64,000 nucleotides of DNA from Tubiluchus corallicola (taxonomy: Eukaryota > Animalia > Priapulida), in NCBI GenBank assembly GCA_030141605.1, contig JAQGDQ010000881.1, positions 20,646 to 84,645 on the forward strand, in the 5' to 3' direction. The notes beneath the pieces are model-generated. The model searched no databases and was not told the origin of the DNA. It saw only the letters and a list, made by a program, of their open reading frames with translations. Shown in pieces: positions 26,896 to 39,166 of the stretch (the stretch's first letter is position 1; every line of letters starts with the position of its first letter). The position numbers were made by a program, and so were the translations under genes.

Positions 26896-27580
26896 TAAAG
26901 GAAAACCGGACCCAATCTTAAACTGTAGATCAAAACAATCTACTCTTTCAAATATTGAATGGAAACAAACTATTTTTTTCAAAAATGACTTACGTGAAAG
27001 AATTACGCACAAACACAATTTCACGTTCGCGCCACTAGTTCTTCGCTGTTACATGCACTTCGCCATCCGCTAGTTAAACGAGCACTAGCGCTTACATTTC
27101 GGAAACGCATTGCACAAAAACAGGTGCTGTACCTCTCAGTTAAGATGGGTTAGATTGTGATAAGCTGCGCACGTTTGACAGCTCATGTGTGAACACAGCG
27201 GTAAATTTGAAATTTGAATTTTTATTTTAAAACTTACCTAGTTTTTGTACAACACACTGAATATCTTACAGTAGCACTGTACTTCAATTTTCGCTTTTGC
27301 AAACACGCGCAACACGCTAGTGGAATATTTTTGCTGTAGAAAATTATGTTTGTTTGTGATGTCATCAATAGTTCGGCTCGACCGCCGTTAATTAAGTTTT
27401 TAATCTATTATTTAATTATCAGAAACGCTTTTGCAGCATTAATTGTGTTAAAATGAATACTTTTGTCGGACTTGAAAATGGAGTAGTTTATGAAAAATCA
27501 TCCTGTCTTCCTTTAAGTGCCACTAAACAGTAGCTGGTGCTAGGTATGCCTACGTCTGCTATTACATGGCAATTTTGACT
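26896..27580. mobile_element. Inverted copy of the 2825-3450 repeat
   Basis: ttaaaggaaaaccggacccaatc ... cttcctttaagtgccactaaacagtagctgg. Confidence 0.65.
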
Positions 27581-28649
27581 ATGTGAGAAGCATCTAGAAA
27601 TGATAGATTTAACGTGAAGTCAACGAATTACAAAATTTCTACAGTTTGCTTAAAAATTCCGTTATTCTAATATTGTGTTTAACTGTGTTTGTCTAGAAAT
27701 TAGTCATTCGATCAATTATGTTCAAATTTAAAGTGGTTACGTTGCTTTAATCTACAGGATTACACCTTAAAATGTGTAAGTAATTAACATTAATTGAGTA
27801 AATAATTAATTTACAGATTTTTTTGGTTTTTAGATACGCATGTAAACTTGCCAGCACGTAGTAGGTAAGCTGGTGGGTTACTTAGTTTGTAGAGTTTGCT
27901 GTATAAGTTAAAAAAAATTCTGAAGCACCTGGCGGGATGAGTGTGGATGTTAGTTTGTGATGTCATCAATAGTTGGGCTCGCCTGTCGTTAATTAAGATT
28001 TTGATCTGTTATTTAATTACTGAGAAATGCTTTTCCAGTATTAACTGTGTTGAAATATATATAATTTTTATAGGACTTGAAAATGATGTAAGACAGGAAA
28101 AGTTATCCTATCTTCCTTTAAGGGGAAGGAAAAGAGAATTTTAAAGTAAATGAGCTTGTAAAATGAGCGCCCCCAAGCGTGAAGTGATCGCGATTTTAAA
28201 TTGATTTTACTAATTACACGAGATGCTCATCACAATATTACTGCTGAAACTTTCTAACATTTTCTTCAAATGTTAAAATAAGCTCAGCTTCCCGAGTGAC
28301 TTAGCTTTTGCTTTAAGTGACTCTGTACTCGTTCTATATAGATCCCAGCTAAACTACAGAACGTCAAGGTAAAGTTTGAAAATGCTGAACTAAAACATTT
28401 ATTTCACACAATTGTTGCAATCATCAGTTAATGCACTTAAACTAAATACTTTCGAATTCTGCTTCTGCCTCCTCATCTTTTTCTTTAGGAAACCCGCAGC
28501 TTTCAGTATTTTATACATCATTCATTCATTGAAGCCAAGCTGGCACGGCTGAACTAACAACATCAATGCCAACCCTCTAATACTAGTAGAGAAACCCAAC
28601 ACCAGGGGGCATTAAATATTCAAAACTTGATGGGATAATCAATCATAAA

Positions 28650-28770
28650 CTGCAGCGCCAATGCGTCCTGAATAGTCACGTGATATGCAATCCAGCTCTA
28701 TTTAAAGAGATGTAATTGAGACATTTACCTGATGGAAGCCACGTCTAAAATTGCACGTGTGGGGGATTAT
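28650..28770 (+). promoter_or_regulatory. Candidate promoter of the ASCb-type gene
   Basis: CCAAT, two CACGTG E-boxes and a TATTTAAA TATA-like box ~1.7 kb upstream of the first coding exon, which begins at a splice acceptor. Motif evidence only. Confidence 0.3.
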
Positions 28771-29366
28771 TAAAGTACAAGACAACAGTCTTGATACGTA
28801 GAGCTTAAAAAACTTCTTCTTGAATCTTTATATCACTTACATACTGGCTTTTTGCATGTAGGACTTGCGTCGGTACTAACGCTGTATAAAACATGTAAAT
28901 TTAATCTCCCGCATGACCGTTAAGCGCAGAAATACAATTCAAATTCATTTTTTATTCCGGTAACTAAGACCATATAAAATACAAATACAAATACAAATGT
29001 AAAATACAAAATACAAATACAAATATAAAATACAAATACAGCACTAAAATGAAATAAAACACAATGAAATAAAATAATAAAAATATTAGATGTTTAACCT
29101 GTAACTTACTTTGAAAATGTATCTTATTGTTACTGTTACTATAATTTTTAACGTTGTTTTTACAAATTAACATGTAAGCTGTTTATGTTACGAAAGTTTA
29201 ATGCAATATCAGGGAATTGTATTTGTCAATTATTTCATCTAATGAAGTATTAGATTAATCCATTAGCCCATTGAACTGTGAAGACATCTGTAAATTCACT
29301 TTAAATAAATAAAGTTTAAACGAAACTTAAAGTGAAAAAGTTTTGCAGTTTCCACACAATTTAAAT

Positions 29367-30301
29367 ACCCTAACCTTAACCCAAACTTAACACTAACCCT
29401 AATGCTAATCCTACGTTAGCCCAACTCTAACCCTAACCCTAATGCTAATCCTAACCCTAACCCTAATCCAACCTTAACCCAACTCTAACCCAACCCTAAC
29501 CTAACACTAACTCTAACCCTAACCCTACTCCTAACTCTAACCCAACTATAACCCAACCCTAACCTAACACTAACGCTACTATAGTGCTAACCCTAACCCT
29601 ACCCCTAACCCAACTCTTACCCTAACCATAACCCAACCCTAACCCTAACCCTTATCCTAACCTCAACCAAACCCTAACCCTAATCCTAACCCAACCCTAA
29701 CGCTAATGCTAATGCTAACCTTAATCCTAATCCTCACCCTATCCCACCCTAATCTAACCCAACCCTAACCTAACACTAACGCTAATATAGTGCTAACCCT
29801 AGCCCTAGCCCTACCCCTAACCCAACTCTTGCCCTAACCATAACCCAACCCTAACGCTAACCCTTATCCTAACCTTAACCCAACTCTAACCCAACCCTAA
29901 CCCAACCCTAACCTAACACTAACTCTAACCCTAACCCTACCCCTAACTCTAACCCAACTCTAACCCAACCCTAACCTAACACTAACTCTAACCCTAACCC
30001 TACCCCTAACTCTAACCCAACTCTAACCCAACCCTAACCTAACACTAACGCTACTATAGTGCTAACCCTAACCCTACCCCTAACCCAACTCTTACCCTAA
30101 CCATAACCCAACCCTAACGCTAACCCTTATCCTAACCTCAACCCAACCCTAACCCTGATCCTAACCCAACCCTAACGCTAATGCTAATGCTAACCTTAAT
30201 CCTAATACTCACCCTATCCCAACTCTAACCCACCCTAACTTAACCCAACGCTAACCGTAATGCAACACTAATCCAAACACTGATCATAACCCTAACCCTA
30301 A
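29367..30301. repeat. Degenerate telomere-like (CCCTAA)n array, interstitial
   Basis: ~930 bp of ccctaa/cccaa/ctctaa variants with internal block duplications. Confidence 0.93.
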
Positions 30302-30439
30302 TATTCTTCACAAAGTAATTTCTTGTGTGTGGGTTATTGTTAACTTTAGCCACTAATAGTTACTCAGCAAGAAAGTCTACCCTTTTCTAACTCTTTTAAC
30401 TAACTTTAGTGTTACTTCTTTAGCTGATATTTGGACGCA

Positions 30440-30689
30440 ATGAGAGAGATGAACTACAATCGTCCATCGTGTAGAGGTGGTTCAGAATCTGATGAAATTT
30501 GTCCAGATTCCTCCTCGATGGCCTACGAGACGTCTTGTGCCATGGCGTCGTCTTGTAAACACGTTCCACTGACCAGTTTACATCACAGTACAGCTTGCGG
30601 TGAGCAGAGGAGAGTTCTGTCAAGCGGAGGAGGCGCTAGGTTGGATCCCTTCTCTCCATATGCAACGATACCACTTCCCTTTCCTTATG
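30440..30689 (+). CDS. Achaete-scute family bHLH (ASCb / ASCL3-4-5-like), coding exon 1
   Basis: Acceptor at 30422-23, in-frame stop before the ATG; reads MREMNYNRPSC...PYATIPLPFPY(G)|gtaag. Confidence 0.8.
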
Positions 30690-30734
30690 GTAAGAAGCTC
30701 TTATTTATCTTAAAATACAAGAAAGACGTTTCAT

Positions 30735-31265
30735 AAATAAAGCTTAAAAACTTCTCCTTGAAATTTAGTCATTAAGACGCCAGAAAAACACTGCTTAAAT
30801 AAATCATGAAAAATTCGCCTTGAAATTTAGTCATTAAAGCACCAGAAAAACACTTCTTAAATAAAATTTCAAAAATTCGCCTTGAAATTTAGTTATTAAA
30901 GCGCCAGAAGAAACATTCTTAAACAAAACTTAAAAAATTCGATTTGAAATTTAGTCATTAAAGCGCCAGAAGAAACACTTCTTAAACAAATCTTGAAAAA
31001 TTCGCCTTGAAATTTAGTCATTAAAGCGCCAGAAGAAACACTTCTTAAACAAATCTTGAAAAATTCGCCTTGAAATTTAGTTATTAAAGCGCCAGAAAAA
31101 ACACTTCTTAAATAAAACTTGAAAAATTCGATTTGAAATTTAGTCATTAAAGCGCCAGAAGAAACACTTCTCAAATAAAACTTGAAAAATTCGCCTTGAA
31201 ATTTAGTCATTAAAGCACCAGAAAAAACACTTCATAAATAAAACTTCAAAAATTCGGCTTGAAAT
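30735..31265. repeat. 62-63-bp minisatellite, about 8 copies, in the ASCb intron
   Basis: Unit cttgaaatttagtcattaaagcgccagaagaaacacttcttaaacaaatcttgaaaaattcgc. Confidence 0.9.
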
Positions 31266-31736
31266 TATATGCAGAGCTTGCCTTGGCAGTAACACTGTAT
31301 AAAACTCATAAATTTAAACTCCAGCGATGACCGTTAGGTGCAGCCATTTTAACATTGAAAAGTCGTTTGAAACACACAAAAAACTCTTTATAAATAAAGC
31401 TTAAAAACTTCGCCTTGAAATAGTGCATACACTAACATGGTGTCTTATTGCCTACAAAGGTAGCATTAACAGTAACGCTGTATAAACCGATGTATGCTTT
31501 AAATTGTCTCGCGAAATTTTCTCATTGAACCACACGGGTCGTCACCCAAACGACCCACATTAAATGACGCTGCCTGTGACCTACTGACCGACTTCATGTT
31601 CTGTTTACATTCACTAAATGTTCTTCAATGGTGAAAGATTTCACCCGTGAAGCACTTGACAAGTTTAATATTCAATATCCACTGGCTTCAGTTAACTTAG
31701 TACTTTTGCATTTTTTTAAATTCGCATGATTTTTAG

Positions 31737-32071
31737 GTATTCATCCGTTTGCGTTTGAACCAGCCTTTATCAGACGACGCAACGAGCGGGAGCGACAGCG
31801 AGTGCGTTGTGTGAACGAGGGTTATGCACGACTCAGGGATCACTTACCCATGAAAGACGCTGAAAAACGTTTAAGCAAAGTGGAAACCTTACGCAGTGCT
31901 ATAGACTATATCAAACATCTACAAGACATTCTCAAGTCAGAAAACAGAAACAAAACAGAGTTGAATAAAACGGAGCAAACTTTGGATGTGAAATACGAAC
32001 CCCCTAGTCATGAAGCGATAGTCAAAGAGGATGACGCATATAACTATGTCAGCACCAGCGACGAAGATTAA
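31737..32071 (+). CDS. Achaete-scute family bHLH (ASCb / ASCL3-4-5-like), coding exon 2 with the bHLH domain
   Basis: ttttag| then GIHPFAFEPAFIRRRNERERQRVRCVNEGYARLRDHLPMKDAEKRLSKVETLRSAIDYIKHLQ; EPAFIRxRNERERQRV is the ASCL3/4/5 signature. Protein is 194 aa. Confidence 0.93.
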
Positions 32072-32699
32072 AATAACACGAAATGGAATTACTACTAAAA
32101 TTTTCATTTCATTTTGATTTTTTGCATTTTTTCCTGTTTTAAGATCTGCTAGTCCAAATCTAGTCAAACATCTAGTCATATATTACAAGCCTAGTCAATT
32201 TTACTTGAAAGCGCCATTTTGTTTTATTCATCTTGTTTTAAATTGTTTATTTTTTATTTTTGTGAATTAAATTTTCCTCTAAAACATTCTCTTAGCTACT
32301 GTACTTTTAAATGAACCATTATACAATTACATATTGAAGAATAAAGTCTAATTTATTTATTACTATTATTGTATATATTATATTGTATTGTAATATTGTA
32401 TTTTGTATATTGTACGTACATAAAAATCTATAAAAAAACACTATTGATAAATGAAATTGGTAAACAATAATTGTTTTTGCTAAAGTTGATTCTTTTGCGT
32501 CTTAGCCGGGGTTAACTCCTTCAGGACCGTTAAGGACGTATGGCACATCTAGTGCTATAGTATTTATACGTGTTTACCCTGTTTGCCTGGATACGCCCTG
32601 GCAAAGAGGTTTATGAATGAACATGCAAGCTTGCAGGATAAGCAGTATTTGGCATCGTGCCCAATTACCCATGGAATTATGCAATTATACTTGCTTTAA

Positions 32700-33158
32700 C
32701 CCTTTCAGTCCCAAATTATTTTTTTAATAAGAATAATAGGCTTGGTACTTTTGTTCAGTATGTCCATCTTGTTTACACATAATATTTATTTTTTTTTCTA
32801 CCTGTGCCCGCATGCTAAATATAGCCTGTATCCCACGGGATACATTGGGATTCAATGGAAGCATAAAATGTGCTTCATTTTGCAACTGCTGATAATTTTT
32901 TAAAGTATTTAAGACATTTAGTATCCATGCTATGCTGATCTGTACAAAGTCGTCTCTAAAGTACTGTACCTTGCGCAGTTTTTTTTATGCTATGTAAATT
33001 TTCTAGTTTGCCATTTTATCACCATTTTTAGTCTATTGTTATTGGCTTAAAACAAAACAACTATTAACAGATCAAATAAATGTCAGTTTTAAAATTTTAT
33101 TAATTTTAAAGGCAGAAAATATTCTCGCATCCAACGGTATACAACGGGTATGAAAGGG
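32700..33158. mobile_element. piggyBac-like MITE
   Basis: TTAA|CCCTTTCAGTCCC ... GGGTATGAAAGGG|TTAA. Confidence 0.75.
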
Positions 33159-33376
33159 TTAACAGGCTTCCTCTAAAAACTTTATAATGTTCGCCCAATC
33201 GTTTGTGATTTGAGTTAACACAGTAGCCCGTCAAGCGCTATGCTATCCTCCCATCTCCTTGTCTAGGATATCCTTGAGCACAAGTTAAATGGTATATCAG
33301 CTTATTTTATATTATTGTTTTAATCTAGTAATGTAAAAGAAACAATAATGTCATAGTTTTTGTCGACACGTTCATT

Positions 33377-33890
33377 CTTCTTCTTCTTCTTCTTCTTCTT
33401 CTTCTCCTTCCCAGCTTTTCCCATTCGGGGTCGCCGTTGTGAATGAGTCTTCTCCACGCATTCCTGTTGTTGACCATCTCTTCATTTATGTCTTCCCTTC
33501 CCACATGATCTTCACCGACTCTTCTTTTCAGGTGTCCATACCATCGCAATCTTGCGACGCTTCCGCTACTTTTACTGTTCCTCTGATATTATTATTTCTA
33601 ATTTTATCTCTTCTTGTTATTCCCACCATCCATCTCAACATCCTCATCTCCACCACACCCATTTTCTTCTCTTCGGTCTTCTTTAGAGAAGCTGCTTCCA
33701 GCCCATAGATTAGAGCGGGTCTGACCACTTCTTTGTGGACTTTCCCTTTAAGTCTCACCGACTCATTCATAGAAGGTTTTGGCGCAGTTTTTATAGGCGG
33801 ATGCCCTTCCTGACCCTAACCCTCCCTATTTATCCTGGCTTGAGACCGGCACTTAATTGGGCTGGCTTCCCCCCCCCTCCAGTTCCTAGG
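33377..33890 (-). mobile_element. Non-autonomous bipartite RTE-clade retroelement (5' UTR plus ORF 3' end and (AAG)n tail)
   Basis: Reads LKGKVHKEVVRPALIYG...EMRMLRWMVGITRRDKIRN...RWYGH; (AAG)n tail; 19-bp TSD with 17/19 identity (33358-33376, 33891-33909). Confidence 0.85.
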
Positions 33891-34509
33891 TTTTCTCGAC
33901 ACGGTCATTATCATTTACTAATCAGTTATAAAAAAAGTAGTTTGGACTTTATAATGTAAGAGGCCAATATATCTCTTATATACTTAATATGATTTTAATA
34001 CTATTACTTTCATACCGTCATTGTAAATATTATTATGTAAAAACCATGTAAATTACTTCTAATAATTGTGCACATATTTTAATTCATCTATTCTTTGTTT
34101 CTATCTAGGTTACATCAAATTAGAAAGATGCTCCAACACAAACAACTTCCCGCGAACCATATTTGGGTCGGAAACCTTGAGATAATATTTGAACTTGGGG
34201 CAAATTATGCACCAGTCTAGCTCTCCCGTCTTTTACCTCGAATATTAAAATAAAAAAAAATTAAAATCAGAAAAAGTTGTCGACACTAGCATTACTAGTT
34301 GTACTTTGCCTCAAGAAGTCTGTTTTAATTTATAGAAGCTTTATAAATTCACAGTAATTCATTTATACATCCATATGTAATCTTTGCACTCCATTATTAT
34401 TATTAAGATGATTTATTTTCGAACACACCTGTACAATTAAGTTAGATAAGTGGTTCAATTAAAAGAAATTAGTTGACTAGTAGCAAAAGTAAAAATAAAT
34501 GTTAAACAC

Positions 34510-34659
34510 TGACAGCAACAGCAGCAGCTGCAACAACAACAACAACAACAACAACGACAACAACGTCAACAATCACAACAACGACAACAATGACAACGAC
34601 GACAACGAGAACAACAACAACAACAACAACAGCAGCACCAACAACAACAATCAAAACAA

Positions 34660-34720
<61 letters not shown>

Positions 34721-34806
34721 AACAACAACAACAACAACGACGACGACAACGACAACGACGACAACGACAACAACAACAACAACAACAACAAGAACAAGAA
34801 CAACAA
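34510..34806. repeat. (AAC/GAC)n compound microsatellite
   Basis: Read directly from the sequence. Confidence 0.95.
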
Positions 34807-34859
34807 GCACGGATATTATTTACATACAAGAAGACAAAGCAATTAATTAAAAAAGATTC

Positions 34860-35960
34860 TACATATTGTAATATTTCTCTCAATTGATAGTTTGATAAAA
34901 AATTAAAATTCCTGTTTCCTATACAACTTATACAATCTTTTGCCAAGTTTATTGTCGTTAGCTTAACTCGCATCTTTTACAATTTTACGAGATAGTACAA
35001 GAAAATTTCTAATTACATCTTCTAAATAAACATTATTTTCTATAACAATTTTATACAAGTTTAAACCCATTATTGAGTTTACGTCATATAATGTATGTTT
35101 GGTCATAAAGTTAGTTGTCGAGTTAATACTATTTTTGCAACCTACATAGAATTTAAGAAACCGTTTTTCAAAGTGTTTACTGGGCTGAACGGCATCAGTA
35201 ATATGAGACAAAATGTAAGTGTGAGTTCCATACGACTGTTTCCATAATTTACGGATAGCTGTATTCCAAGCGGTATGAATAGAATGTATCTTTGAATTAT
35301 TTAACCTCCAACCAGGGCCGGAACTAGATGTGGCAAACAGGGGGGGGCGCAAAAAATTTCTGGGGGGGGGGGCGAGGTATCCGAAGTGGTTAAATAATGG
35401 TTAAGCCAATTTTTAACCCCTTTTATACTGCATGCAGGCCTATAATTAGCATGTGCGTACGACGGCGTAGTGGACAAAGCAATAATGAGAAAATTAACTC
35501 TCAGTTAACCTAACGTTATTAATGTGCCTCTAACTAAATTGTTATTTACAGAAATTTATCACACACAAGTTTTAAGAAAATAATACACTGAAGCTACCAA
35601 ACATTTTTTTACCTAATTCTAATTCATATTGAAAATGATTACATGCGAACTGCAATTTTCACTGCAAAAAAATTATTTGTCCGATTTTGCAAGGGGGGCG
35701 CAAATTTTGACAGGGGGGGGGGTGCACGCGCCCCCCTCGCTCCCCCTAGTTCCGCCCCTGCCTCCAACTCTGGCAACCATAATATCCTAGACAATAGTTT
35801 GCAGTAGTTTACACTTTAAGACAGAACAAGCAAAGTTGCACATATACTATTAGCATGAAATGAAATCGCCCCATTTACTAAGAATATCAGCATCTTGTGT
35901 TACGTCATCATCACATGTAATTATGTGACATAAATGAGTGATTTTATCTGTCCCGGTTAA
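34860..35960 (-). mobile_element. Decayed LINE ORF2 3' fragment interrupted by a MITE
   Basis: Reads THLCHII... and TAWNTAIRKLWKQSYGTHTYIL, typical post-RT LINE sequence. Confidence 0.55.
35313..35760. mobile_element. hAT-type MITE
   Basis: TIR CAGGGCCGGAACTAG / CTAGTTCCGCCCCTG; perfect 8-bp TSD CCTCCAAC. Confidence 0.9.
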
Positions 35961-35972
35961 AGGCGTATACGC

Positions 35973-36459
35973 CAGGCTGCATAAGATTATGGATATCCAT
36001 AAAATAAAATTTGAAAAATCCGTAAAATAAGAAATGCATGAAATAAAAATATATTTTTTTTGTGATTTTCTGTACAAAATAAGGCAATCAAAACTGAATA
36101 CAGGCATTGGATCTCAAACTTCAGCCTAGAGGGCATTCTACATTCGTACCAAATAGACGAATTATTTGAACTGAAGTGATGAATTACAAGGCATTGTCTC
36201 GTAAAATTTGATTAAATTTGAAGTGATATGAAACGATAAAATTAAAACGAAACCGATAAAATTAAAACTAAGTCCTGCGTGTTTAAAAACACGTCTCAAG
36301 CACTCCTGTTTCTACTTTTTAATTGATTTCCCCCTGGGCATCTCGTTCCAGATATAGTCTATTTCTTATTTTATTGATATCCATAAAATAAAATTTCAAA
36401 AATCCATAAAATAAGCTATTTTATTAATTTTATACATATCCATAATCTTATGCACCCTG
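35973..36459. mobile_element. MITE with 24-bp TIRs (hAT-like CAGG termini)
   Basis: CAGGCTGCATAAGATTATGGATAT / ATATCCATAATCTTATGCACCCTG; TSD unclear. Confidence 0.8.
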
Positions 36460-37039
36460 CGTATGCCTATTTATGGATATTCTCAGAATAAATTTAGTCT
36501 CGTTACTTGCAATATAAAATACGCGCCTATAATATATATTAAAAAATTCAATGCAAAAGGGCTTAAATAGAGGAATATGTTTTACCCAAGTAAGTTATTA
36601 TTAATGCTTTAATAATCACAAATTGTCATAGGCATTCTTAAAATAGAGAACTGCACATAAAACCAGCATTAATCACCCGAATTATTCATGATTACAAACC
36701 CACTTGAATTTGTAAGCTTGACTAAACATATGCAGAATAAATCCTGTGTTTCGTGTTTGTCTCACAGACGAAACCATTTTCATGCAGGGGGTGTTTCTCC
36801 CCCCAACAATATATGTTAGCGTAATAAATAAAATATTTTAAAATTGTTGAAGCGAAACAGAAAATTTGCAAAACTGAGTTGTATGAGATAATCAGTACAA
36901 AGGTTTTATTTCTTTGAAAAGAATGTCTTTGTTAACCGTCACTGTGAAACTTAACACCCTCCGTTTTGTCAATTTTGTTTCTGAAGCACGCAAAAAGGCT
37001 AGAAGCGAAATGGTATCGATCCGAAAAACAATTTAGTTT

Positions 37040-37095
37040 CAGCCAATCAAAATGCACCGTGGGGCAGGTGTGCTGTGACGTCACGCAGCTGTTCA
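37040..37095. promoter_or_regulatory. Candidate enhancer or promoter with paired proneural E-boxes
   Basis: CCAAT, GCAGGTGT (37064), TGACGTCA (37076) and GCAGCTGT (37085) within ~50 bp. Confidence 0.35.
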
Positions 37096-37578
37096 GCTAT
37101 GAACTTGCAGGGACGAATTCATTATGATGATTATGTTAACAAAACTCATACTCGGGGGGCGTATCCAGTCAACTGAGATCACGCTACAGAACATATGTGA
37201 GGCTTTTTATTACAGGCAGTTATTCAATTATTTATTTATTTATTTATTAAATATATCCACAATGATCATTACAGCATTGTACATAAAAGTATTTAATAAC
37301 ACATTTATTATTATGTGCACAGGATGCCAAGCTGCAAATGACCCGTGGGGTACTCAAGAAGTAATTACTTGTTTAGAGCACCCCAAATGAATGTGGACTG
37401 AGTGCAATAGAAAAGAGCAGTAAAGGAGTAGAAAGAAAGGTTAATAGAAAATAGAAAGAAAGAGAAAGATGTGATGGTATCTGTATGAAGTAACGTGAAC
37501 TATAGAAATGTAAAAATTGACATAGCCAGCAACACAATGGATTCCGACAGGGACAGCAGTGTAATTAATCAAATTGAT

Positions 37579-37760
37579 TTATTCTGTATAATTAGAAAAG
37601 ATTTCACTTTTAAAATTTCTTTTGAAGTTATTTATAGATACAGAATTTTTTATGTATTCGTTGATGTTATTCCAAAGTCTAGGCCCAGTGTTAGTGATGA
37701 AGTGCCTTGCCGCGTCAGTCCTGCAATACTTAATATGAAATTCATTAAATCTTGTTGAGT
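37579..37760 (-). mobile_element. CR1/L2-group LINE ORF2 3' end fragment
   Basis: Reads HYSTR...GPRLWNNINEYIKNSVSINNFKRNFK. Confidence 0.7.
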
Positions 37761-38665
37761 AATGTCTTACGTTAATAGGTAACAATGTCTTACGTTAATA
37801 GATAACATTGTCTTACGTTAATAGATAACATTGTCTTACGTTAATAGATAACAATGTCTTACGTTAATAGATAACATTGTCTTACGTTAATAGATAACAA
37901 TGTCTTACGTTAATAGATAACAATGTCTTACGTTAATAGATAACATTGTCTTACGTTAATAGATAACAATGTCTTACGTTAATAGATAACATTGTCTTAC
38001 GTTAATAGATAACAATGTCTTACGTTAATAGATAACAATGTCTTACGTTAATAGATAACATTGTCTTACGTTAATAGATAACATTGTCTTACGTTAATAG
38101 ATAATGTCTTACGTTAATAGATAACATTGTCTTACGTTAATAGATAACATTGTCTTACGTTAATAGATAACGATGTCTTACGTTAATAGATAACAATGTC
38201 TTACGTTAATAGATAACAATGTCTTACGTTAATAGATAACATTGTCTTACGTTAATAGATAACATTGTCTTACGTTAATAGATAACAATGTCTTACGTTA
38301 ATAGATAACATTGTCTTACGTTAATAGATAACATTGTCTTACGTTAATAGATAACAATGTCTTACGTTAATAGATAACATTGTCTTACGTTAATAGATAA
38401 CACTGTCTTACGTTAATAGATAACACTGTCTTACGTTAATAGATAACACTGTCTTACGTTAATAGATAACACTGTCTTACGTTAATAGATAACAATGTCT
38501 TACGTTAATAGATAACAATGCCTTACGTTAATAGATAACAATGTCTTACGTTAATAGATAACAATGTCTTACGTTAATGGATAACAATGTCTTACGTTAA
38601 TAGATAACAATGTCTTACGTTAATAGATAACAATGTCTTACGTTAATAGATAACATTGTCTTAAT
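37760..38665. repeat. 23-bp minisatellite, about 39 copies
   Basis: Unit aatgtcttacgttaatagataac. Confidence 0.95.
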
Positions 38666-38733
38666 AGTTAAAGACATTAATAGCCAAAAGAGCACAACTT
38701 TATTAAATTTCTAATTCACTTGGTCAAAAATCA

Positions 38734-38777
38734 TGTCAAACGTTTCGACAGAGCTACTGCTGTCATCATCAGCGGCA
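38734..38777 (-). ncRNA. Minimal type I hammerhead ribozyme in a Penelope-like element terminus
   Basis: Minus strand TGCCG CTGATGA T GACAG cagtagct CTGTC GAAAC GTT TGACA: intact CUGAUGA/GAAA core, 5-bp stem II, palindromic stem III, imperfect stem I; AATAAA downstream. Confidence 0.7.
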
Positions 38778-38960
38778 AATTTTTACAAATATACAACCAG
38801 TTTATATAGGCAGAGAACATTATGCACTAATTAAGTATTTAACAGAAGCCAAATAGGTAATGACTAAGCAGATCAATAAAGAAATTGATGCAGTAAATTA
38901 TGTACTAATTATGTACATAATTGTACATTAAAAACAAACATTAATGTCAAGATTATTACT

Positions 38961-39166
<206 letters not shown>

